Shown here: positions 8,829 to 15,709 of the stretch, one piece after another
Layout of the letters: each line of letters starts with the position of its first letter
Numbering within the stretch: the first letter of the stretch is position 1
Assembly (NCBI GenBank): GCA_027064305.1
Contig: JAMOPY010000044.1
Coordinates: 1 to 30,205 of the forward strand
Direction of reading: 5' to 3'
DNA length: 30,205 bases
Source of the DNA: Methanobacteriota archaeon
GTDB lineage: Archaea > JAADCQ01 > Methanopyri > Methanopyrales > Methanopyraceae
The notes under the pieces: generated by a model
Databases searched by the model: none
The model's input: the letters and a program-made list of their open reading frames with translations, nothing else
What the model was told of the DNA's origin: nothing
Program-made: the position numbers and the translations under genes

Positions 8829-10283
8829 TTGGGGCTGGACGTGCTCCTGGTGAACCCGCCGGACGTCACGACCAAGTACCAACGCTTCCTGGGGATCACG
8901 GCCCCGCCGCTGGGACTCGCCTACATCGCGGCCGTGCTGGAGGAGGCCGGTTACACCGTCCGCATCCTGGACTGCCCACCGCTGGAAATGACCTGGGAGG
9001 AGTTCCGCCGAACCGTGCGTCGACTGAAGCCTAAGATCGTGTCGATCATGGCCACCACCCCCATCATCCAGCAGGCGTACCGGGCCGCCCGGATCGTGAA
9101 GGAGGAGCTCGAGGACGTCATCGTGTGCCTGGGCGGGTACCACCCCACGTTCATGGACGCGGAGTGCCTGGAGGAGTGCGAGCACGTGGACATCGTCATC
9201 CGCAGGGAGGGTGAGTTCACCCTCCTCGACCTCGTCCGCACCTTCATCGACGGGGTGAAGTCACTGTCCGAGGTCCTAGGCATCACGTACCGGAGGAAGG
9301 GGGACATCGTGCGGAACCCGGACCGACCGCTGATCCGGGACCTGGACGCGCTACCCTTCCCCGCCCGGCACCTCCTGCCCATGGACCGGTACACCTTCTT
9401 CGGCGCCCGGACCAGCGCCACCACCGTGATCACGAGCCGAGGGTGCCCCGTCGGGTGCGACTTCTGCGCCTCCTCCCGCATGCACGGCCGAAGGCTCCGC
9501 ATGCACTCCGCCGAGCGCGTCGTGTCCGAGGTCGCCCACGTCCGCGAGCGCTACGGCTCGGACATCGTCGCCTTCGTCGACGACACGTTCACCTACGACC
9601 GGCGCCGCGTGGAGCGGATCTGCCGGCTGATGATCGAGGCCGACCTGGACGTGACCTGGGGCTGCGCCGCCCGCGTGGACACCGTGGACCGCGAGCTCCT
9701 CGAGCTGATGCGGGACGCCGGCTGCTCCGTCCTTTTCTTCGGCGTGGAGTCGGGCTCGCAGGAGATCCTGGACAACGTGGGCAAGGGGTTCACCGTGGAG
9801 CAGACGAAGCGGGCGTTCGAACTCTGCCGGGAGCTGGGCATCCGAACGGTCGCGTCCGCCGTCATCGGCCTGCCGGGCGAGACCCACGAGACCGCCCGCG
9901 CCACCATCCGACTGCTGAAGGAGCTGGACCCCGACTACGCCGTGGTCTCCGTCGCCACCCCCTACCCGGGCACCAGGTTCTTCGAGGAGGTCGTGGAGAA
10001 GGACCTCCTGGTCGACCGGGACTGGGACAAGTTTACCCTCATGGAACCGGTGGCGGCCACCACCGAGCTCTCCCCCGAGGAGATCAAGCGGTACCAGCGC
10101 CGCGCCATGCTGGAGTTCTACCTGCGACCCCGGTACATCCTCCGACGCCTCAAGGAGGACGGCGTGGACGCCGTCCGCGTGGCCGGCACCATGATGGCCG
10201 AGGTGACCTTCAAGAAGCTGAAGTCCCTGATCTCGCGCCTGCCTAGCCCGAGATTCTCACCCCGCGAGGAGACGGACGGGTAA
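8829..10283 (+). CDS. B12-binding-domain radical SAM protein (COG1032)
   Basis: PPLGLAYIAA, GGYHPT, TSRGCPVGCDFC, FVDDTF, FGVESGSQ, IGLPGET, TPYPGT. Confidence 0.93.
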   Translation: MGLDVLLVNPPDVTTKYQRFLGITAPPLGLAYIAAVLEEAGYTVRILDCPPLEMTWEEFRRTVRRLKPKIVSIMATTPIIQQAYRAARIVKEELEDVIVCLGGYHPTFMDAECLEECEHVDIVIRREGEFTLLDLVRTFIDGVKSLSEVLGITYRRKGDIVRNPDRPLIRDLDALPFPARHLLPMDRYTFFGARTSATTVITSRGCPVGCDFCASSRMHGRRLRMHSAERVVSEVAHVRERYGSDIVAFVDDTFTYDRRRVERICRLMIEADLDVTWGCAARVDTVDRELLELMRDAGCSVLFFGVESGSQEILDNVGKGFTVEQTKRAFELCRELGIRTVASAVIGLPGETHETARATIRLLKELDPDYAVVSVATPYPGTRFFEEVVEKDLLVDRDWDKFTLMEPVAATTELSPEEIKRYQRRAMLEFYLRPRYILRRLKEDGVDAVRVAGTMMAEVTFKKLKSLISRLPSPRFSPREETDG

Positions 10284-11232
10284 CGTGCGCCCGGTACCCC
10301 ATCAGCTCGAGCAACTCCGCCGCCGCCTCGGCCCGGGACGCGTCCTCGAACACCCCGACCGCGCACCCACCGCCGCCCGCCCCCGTCACCTTCGCCCCCA
10401 GCGCGCCCGCCCCACGCAGCGCGTGCACCACCTCCTCCAGCTCCCGGGTCGAGACCCCCAAGGCCGCCAGGAGCCCGTGATTCACGTCCAACAACCGACC
10501 GAGCCGCTCCAGATCCCCCTCCTCCAACGCCCGCTCCACCCCCGACACCACCTCACCGATCACCTCCATCACCCGCTCCCCCACGTCCCCAACCTCCCCC
10601 ACCAACCGCCTCACCCTCTCCACCATCTCCCCCGTCCGGGACGGCCGACCCGAGTACGCCACCACCAGGACCGGGTCCCTCGGGCACTCCAACCGACGGA
10701 ACTCGCGGCCCGAGACGGAGAGCACGCCCCCGTAGGTCACGGTCGTCGAGTCCACCCAGCTCGCCTTCCCCTGCACGTCCAACTCCACCCGCCGCACGAG
10801 CCGCCGCAGCCGCTCCCTGTCCAACTCCTCCCCGGAGAGCGCCGCCAGCGCGGCCAGGACCCCCGCGCTCACCGCGGCCGACGTCCCCAGCCCGCTGGCC
10901 GGCGGGGCCTCGCACTCGATCCTTACCTCCGCCGGCGGGGGCGAGAACTCCCGCGCACCCACCCGAATCGCCGACGCCACGTACCGCAGCTCCCGACGCA
11001 GCCCCGGCGAGGATACCCGACTCAGCTCCCCCGAGGCCCCCACCCGGGCCCGCACCCTCCCCGGACCCGGCCCGTCCAGCTCGGTCTCGATCAGGAACCC
11101 CTCCCCGTCCGACTCCACCGCCCTCACCCGTACGCCCAGCCCGATCGCCGCCGACACGGCCGGGTACCCGTACACCGCCGCGTGTTCCCCGGAGATAATA
11201 ACTTTCAATGGAACCCTGGCGCGGACCTCCAA
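10243..11232 (-). CDS. mvk: Mevalonate kinase (GHMP family)
   Basis: PLKVIISGEHAAVYGYPA, PPASGLGTSAA, QGKASWVD, NHGLLAALGVS, GAKVTGAGGGG. Confidence 0.93.
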   Translation of the reverse strand: MEVRARVPLKVIISGEHAAVYGYPAVSAAIGLGVRVRAVESDGEGFLIETELDGPGPGRVRARVGASGELSRVSSPGLRRELRYVASAIRVGAREFSPPPAEVRIECEAPPASGLGTSAAVSAGVLAALAALSGEELDRERLRRLVRRVELDVQGKASWVDSTTVTYGGVLSVSGREFRRLECPRDPVLVVAYSGRPSRTGEMVERVRRLVGEVGDVGERVMEVIGEVVSGVERALEEGDLERLGRLLDVNHGLLAALGVSTRELEEVVHALRGAGALGAKVTGAGGGGCAVGVFEDASRAEAAAELLELMGYRAHVTRPSPRGVRISG

Positions 11233-11279
11233 CCCGGGACCCCTGACGACCCACCGGGCCCCGGCTCGGGTGATACGCC

Positions 11280-12140
11280 TTGCGGATCCCCAGGACCCTG
11301 GAGGCCGTGGTGAAGGACGAGTTCGTGGAGGACCTGGACGAGCTGGTCACCACCATCAACGAGGCGGAGCTCAGCTCCGGCATCATCCGCATCACCAAGC
11401 GGCTCGATCGCGACCTGTACGACGCGATCATCGTCGTGCTGAACGGCCGGGTGGCGCACGTCCAGGTGGAGAACGTGACCTCCCAGGAGCGGTGGGAAGG
11501 CGAGGAGGCCCTCGAGGTGCTCACCGAGCTCCTGGCCGACCTGAGCCCACAGGACCCCGCCGTCCTGGACATCTACCGGGGCCCGGCCGGTGAGGTCAAG
11601 TCCTTCGCCCGGTACCAGCTCGGGGTGGAGGAGCTGGGCGACTACGACCTGGCGTCCGCCGTCGCGGAGGCCTACGAGCGCGCCGGGATCGCCGCGGAGG
11701 GCACCGTGGAGTTCACCGAGGAGGAAGAGGAGGTCGAGGAAGAGCCCGAAGAGCTTCCGGAGGTCGGAGAGGTGGAGGTCCCCCCGGTGGAGGGTGGGGA
11801 GGCGGAGGTTGAGACCGAGGTCGAGGAGGAGGCCGCGGAGGAGAAGACCGAGGAGCTCTCCCGCGAGGAGCTGCTCAAGAAGTACGGGATCGAGGAGCCG
11901 GATGAGTCGTTCGTGGAGTCCATCCTGGAGGACATGACGGGCGCCTCCGAGGACCTTCGCAAGCAGGTGGAGCGGGTGCTGCGCGGCTACGGTATCACCA
12001 TTTTCCAGCTGCACGGGACGGTCGTCGTGGAGCCGCGCAGTGAGGAGGACGTTAAGCACATCGAGGAGGCCGCCGAGGACCTGAAGGAGGACCTGGGGCT
12101 CCACGAGGTTGAGGTCCGGATCCGCGGGAAAAACATTTAA
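11280..12140 (+). CDS. Acidic conserved archaeal protein, DUF2226-like
   Basis: N-terminal beta-rich domain (SGIIRIT..DAIIVVLNGRV), Glu-rich linker, and LSREELLKKYGIEEPDE motif; GGGTGA SD. Confidence 0.7.
   Translation: MRIPRTLEAVVKDEFVEDLDELVTTINEAELSSGIIRITKRLDRDLYDAIIVVLNGRVAHVQVENVTSQERWEGEEALEVLTELLADLSPQDPAVLDIYRGPAGEVKSFARYQLGVEELGDYDLASAVAEAYERAGIAAEGTVEFTEEEEEVEEEPEELPEVGEVEVPPVEGGEAEVETEVEEEAAEEKTEELSREELLKKYGIEEPDESFVESILEDMTGASEDLRKQVERVLRGYGITIFQLHGTVVVEPRSEEDVKHIEEAAEDLKEDLGLHEVEVRIRGKNI
12128..12140 (+). promoter_or_regulatory. BRE/TATA promoter of tRNA-Arg
   Basis: GAAAAAC-ATTTAA about 30 nt upstream of the mature tRNA 5' end; it includes the TAA stop of the upstream gene. 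Confidence 0.7.
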
Positions 12141-12169
12141 CGTCCAGGGACCGTGGGGCGCACGGGGTC

Positions 12170-12247
12170 GGGCCGGCAGCTCAGTCTGGACAGAGCGCGG
12201 GCCTTCGGAGCCCGTGGTCCCGGGTTCAAATCCCGGCCGGCCCACCA
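12170..12247 (+). tRNA. tRNA-Arg (anticodon TCG), CCA encoded, C at position 8
   Basis: Acceptor GGGCCGG/CCGGCCC-A-CCA, D arm GCTC/GAGC, anticodon arm CGGGC-CTTCGGA-GCCCG (TCG at 12205-12207), T arm CCGGG-TTCAAAT-CCCGG; no intron. Confidence 0.97.
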
Positions 12248-12253
12248 CCGCGA

Positions 12254-12276
12254 ATCGTTACAGGAATCGTAACGAT
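12254..12276. repeat. Perfect spaced palindrome ATCGTTAC-N7-GTAACGAT
   Basis: Read directly, 6 nt after the tRNA CCA. Confidence 0.8.
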
Positions 12277-12505
12277 GGGGAGCCCCGCGTTGGACGAGCT
12301 CCGTGAACGGCTGCAGGCGGGACCGTTCGAGCTCGTGGCGGCCAAGCTGGAGGAGGTCCTCCAGCGGCTCGACCGCGTCGAGGCCAAGCTGGACGAGCTG
12401 CTGGCCCGCGTGGAACGTTTAGAGCGCGAGCTGTCGGCCGGGTCCGGGGCGCGCGATGGGCGTTCCCAAGAGCCTCGCGGTGATCGGGCTGGGCGTGGAG
12501 GGTAG
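12275..12505 (+). CDS. Small coiled-coil protein
   Basis: Heptad pattern KLEEVLQRLDRVEAKLDELLARVERLEREL with typical codons; fills the gap between the tRNA and the Mur ligase. The start may be TTG 12289-region or ATG 12275, and the tail overlaps the next gene. Confidence 0.6.
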   Translation: MGSPALDELRERLQAGPFELVAAKLEEVLQRLDRVEAKLDELLARVERLERELSAGSGARDGRSQEPRGDRAGRGG

Positions 12506-13721
12506 GACCTGCGCCCGCCGGCTGGCCGAGATGGGAATCCGGGTGTACGCGTCCGACCTCCGCACCGACCTGGACGTGTCCGAGCTGGAGGGGCTGGAGA
12601 ACGTCGAGGTGGAGCTCGGACGGCACGACCTGGACAAGATCGCGGCGTGCGACGCCGCCTACGCCTCCCCCAGCATCCCCGACGACGCCGAGATCGTGCG
12701 CCGGATCCGCGAGCTCGGCGTGCCCTTCCTGGAGGACACGCTGACGTGGCCGGAGCGGGCCGACTTCATCGTCGTTAGCGGCACGAACGGGAAGACCACC
12801 ACGGTGCACATGATCGGCCACCTGCTCGACGCCCTCGACGTCGATCACCTGCTTGGGGGGAACGCCGGCGGCGGGTTCGACGGGTACGCCACCCTCTACG
12901 TCCGCGCGGAGCGGGAGCGCCCGGACGTGGTCGTGTGCGAGGTCTGCGACATGACGCTCGACTACTTCGTCACCCGCGCCCCGGGCTACGACGTGGCGGT
13001 GTTCCTCAACCTGGGCCACGATCACCTGGATTACCACGGCTCGCTGGACCGGTACGCGGAACGGGCGGCCCGGTTCTGCGACGCGGCCGAGGTGGCCGTG
13101 ATCAAGTGCTCCGGCCGCGAGCGGGACGTGGTGCGCCGCATGTCCTCCGACCCCGTCTGCTTCGACCGGCTGGACGTGAGCCCGAGGCTACCGCTCCGGG
13201 GTCGGTTCTACGAGCTGGACGCGAAGGCCGCCCTCGCGGCCGTCTCCGCGGTGACCGGCGAGGAGCCGGGGGAGCTCGCCGACCTGCTGGCCGATTTTCG
13301 GGGCGTCCCGGGCCGGGTGCGCGAGTACCGGGTCGACGGCGGCGCTCTGGTCGTGGGGAAGACGGACAACCTCTCGGCCCTCCGGGCCGTCGTGCGGGAC
13401 TACGGGCCCTTCGACCTCGTGTTCTGGGGGAGCCCTCGCCCGGGAGAGGACTACCGGATCCGCGGCCTGGGCGAGCTGCTCCGGGAGGCGGGCGTCGAGC
13501 GGGCGTTCGTCTTCCCGGGCCTGTCCCGGGAGACCGTGCCGGACGTCCTGGAGGAGCTCCGTCGGGCCGGGCTGGACGCGCGGGAGGTCCCGGAGGAGGA
13601 GGTGGTGGAGCGGGCGCTGAGCGAGGCCCGGCGCGGGCGCCGGGTGGGCATCCTGGGGAACGGTCAGCGTAAGCTCCTGAAAATGCAGCGGGAGGTGGAG
13701 CGTAGGCTTCACTCGCAGTAG
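12456..13721 (+). CDS. Mur ligase family protein (MurD-like; probable pseudomurein peptide ligase)
   Basis: Rossmann GLGVEG, SPSIP, SGTNGKTTT P-loop, GGNAG, NLGHDHLDYHGSLDRY, FRGVPGR. Confidence 0.88.
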   Translation: MGVPKSLAVIGLGVEGRTCARRLAEMGIRVYASDLRTDLDVSELEGLENVEVELGRHDLDKIAACDAAYASPSIPDDAEIVRRIRELGVPFLEDTLTWPERADFIVVSGTNGKTTTVHMIGHLLDALDVDHLLGGNAGGGFDGYATLYVRAERERPDVVVCEVCDMTLDYFVTRAPGYDVAVFLNLGHDHLDYHGSLDRYAERAARFCDAAEVAVIKCSGRERDVVRRMSSDPVCFDRLDVSPRLPLRGRFYELDAKAALAAVSAVTGEEPGELADLLADFRGVPGRVREYRVDGGALVVGKTDNLSALRAVVRDYGPFDLVFWGSPRPGEDYRIRGLGELLREAGVERAFVFPGLSRETVPDVLEELRRAGLDAREVPEEEVVERALSEARRGRRVGILGNGQRKLLKMQREVERRLHSQ

Positions 13722-13762
13722 CCTTTTGTCCCCTCGCGCCCCACTCGGACGGGGGTGTCCCG

Positions 13763-14503
13763 GTGGGCCGCGTGGAGTTCATTCGCGTGGTGGACGAGGT
13801 GCCCGAGTGCGAGGTGCTCATCGAGGGGTACCCGGGCATCGGGATGGTGGGCGTCATCGCCGTGAGGCACATGGTGATGGAGTTCGGGGCGGAGCCCGCC
13901 TTCCTGATGAAAACGGAGGACATGCCCACGGCCGCGATCGTGCACGAGGGTCGCGTGTACCCCTCCTCCGGGCTCTTCGTGAGCGGCGACCACGGGCTCG
14001 CGTTCTTCTACTCGGAGCAGGCGGACCTGCGCCCGGGCGTCGTCCAGGAGATCTCCGAGTCGGTGGCCGACCTGGCCCGGGAGGTGGGGGTGGAAACGAT
14101 CGTCTGCCTCGCCGGCATCCGGGCCCCGGAGCTGGAGGGGGAGCCGGGGCTGTACTACGCCGCGACCTCCGAGCGGGCGGCCGAGCCGTTCAAGGACGTC
14201 GCGGAGCCGCTGAACCGCGGCACGATCACCGGCGTCAGCGGGCCGCTGCTGCTCGAGGGCAGCCTGCGCGGCATCGACGCCGTGTGCCTGCTGGTCGAGA
14301 CCCCCGGCACGTACCCGGATCCCCGGGCCGCGTCGCGGCTCGTGGAGGCCCTCAACGAGGGCATGGGTCTGGACATCGATACCTCCAAGCTCGAGGAGGA
14401 GGCGGAGCGCATCGCCAAGACCGTCGAGGAGACGATGGAACGGCTGCGCCAGGGCGTGGAGGAGGAAGAGGAAGAGTCACCCACCGAGCGGATGTTCGTC
14501 TAG
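13763..14503 (+). CDS. PAC2-family proteasome assembly chaperone (COG1938-like)
   Basis: IEGYPGIGMVG, ITGVSGPLL, YPDPRAA, IDTSKLEEEAERI; C-terminus RMFV. Confidence 0.9.
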   Translation: MGRVEFIRVVDEVPECEVLIEGYPGIGMVGVIAVRHMVMEFGAEPAFLMKTEDMPTAAIVHEGRVYPSSGLFVSGDHGLAFFYSEQADLRPGVVQEISESVADLAREVGVETIVCLAGIRAPELEGEPGLYYAATSERAAEPFKDVAEPLNRGTITGVSGPLLLEGSLRGIDAVCLLVETPGTYPDPRAASRLVEALNEGMGLDIDTSKLEEEAERIAKTVEETMERLRQGVEEEEEESPTERMFV

Positions 14504-14515
14504 GGTGATCGAGGC

Positions 14516-14911
14516 TTGCGAATGCCCGCCATCACCGGGGTGAGCCCGCGGGTACTCGAGCAGTTGATCGCCGGCGGTAGCACCCACCTCCTCGTCCGGA
14601 GCAGCAACAACCTCGACGCGGTCCGGCGCCTGAGCCCCGGTGACCACGTGTTCATCACCAGCGTGGGGAAGCGGGAGCTGAAGGAGGGCGTCGAGGGCGT
14701 GGTCGCCACGGTCCGATCCATCCGAATCGTCTACGAGCGGGTCCTCTCGGGCGAGACCGAGGGCGAGTACTCCGAGCGCGAGTTCGAGGCCGCGAGGCTG
14801 GCGGTCACGAGGTTCGGCACCGGCCGGGTGCTGGACGCGAAGGACTACGGGATCGGGAAGCGCACGGAGGTGGAGGTGGAGCTACGACCCACGGTCTCGG
14901 AGGCCTACTGA
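14516..14911 (+). CDS. DUF473-like conserved archaeal protein
   Basis: AITGVSPRVLEQL...VRSSNN...PGDHVFIT...EGVEGVVA pattern; GGGTGA SD; adjacent to PAC2. Confidence 0.75.
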   Translation: MRMPAITGVSPRVLEQLIAGGSTHLLVRSSNNLDAVRRLSPGDHVFITSVGKRELKEGVEGVVATVRSIRIVYERVLSGETEGEYSEREFEAARLAVTRFGTGRVLDAKDYGIGKRTEVEVELRPTVSEAY

Positions 14912-14926
14912 GCGGGGTGATCGCGG

Positions 14927-15709
14927 ATCCGGTGGCTCGCCACCATCCCGCTGACCCTCCTGCTCCTCTCACCGCTGATCCTCGCCGGGATCGACGCGGA
15001 ACGCGCCCGCTCCTACGTGAACGGCGTCCGCACCGGGATGGGATGGAAGCCGCTGCCCTCCGGGCTGCTACCCTACTGCGACATGCTCGACGTCGTGACC
15101 TGGAGGTCGGGCGGCGCGACCGCGGTGAAGCTCTTCGTCTACCCGCCCCCGCGGCCCGTCACGGTGCCCGGGGTGACCCGCGGTGAGCGGGAGATCGACG
15201 TCGTGAGGCGGCTCGCCCGGCTCGTCTCGGACACCATGACGTACGACATCTCGGCCGAACCGCGGCAGTACACCCCGCCCGTGCTGGAGCGGACTCTGGG
15301 TCAGCTCCTCCTCACCGGACGCTGGCGCGGCGCGTGCGGCACGGCCGCGTACCTGTTCTCTTACCTCTGCCGCTGCTACGGCATCCCCACCCGGATCGTG
15401 CTGATCGAGCCCGCCGGCAGCCCGACCGTGGTGCCCGGCCTGCGCGCGCCCGGACGCGTGGTCCTGCACGCTCAGGTCCAGGTGTGGGTGGACGGCCGCT
15501 GGATCACGGTGGACCCCTCCGTCGGCATCGTGGGGAACTCGGAGCGGCCCGTGGAGGGCTACCGGATCCGCCCGGACGGGACCGTGCTGCAGACCCCGGA
15601 GGTGAGGGGGTGGAGGGTGGAGGAGGAGGGTCCGCTCGTGTTCTGGAGAAACCTTACCGCGCTGGCCGAATACCTGATCCAGGCCCCCGAAACCGCTAGT
15701 GCTTCTTGA
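14927..15709 (+). CDS. Transglutaminase-like (Cys-His-Asp) protein with N-terminal signal/anchor
   Basis: GACGTAAYLFSYLCRCYGIPTRIV, HAQVQVWVDGRWITVDPS. The in-frame hydrophobic leader IRWLATIPLTLLLLSPLILAG lies upstream of the first canonical start (GTG 15017), so the start is tentative. Confidence 0.8.
   Translation: MRWLATIPLTLLLLSPLILAGIDAERARSYVNGVRTGMGWKPLPSGLLPYCDMLDVVTWRSGGATAVKLFVYPPPRPVTVPGVTRGEREIDVVRRLARLVSDTMTYDISAEPRQYTPPVLERTLGQLLLTGRWRGACGTAAYLFSYLCRCYGIPTRIVLIEPAGSPTVVPGLRAPGRVVLHAQVQVWVDGRWITVDPSVGIVGNSERPVEGYRIRPDGTVLQTPEVRGWRVEEEGPLVFWRNLTALAEYLIQAPETASAS

Noticed and set aside
12170-12505. tRNA-Arg as an integration site of a mobile element
   Set aside because: No integrase or transposase, no duplicated tRNA 3' end seen, and core genes on both sides.
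14918-14920. In-frame TGA as selenocysteine or read-through
   Set aside because: It is part of the GGTGA SD sequence, and no selenoprotein context or SECIS was seen.
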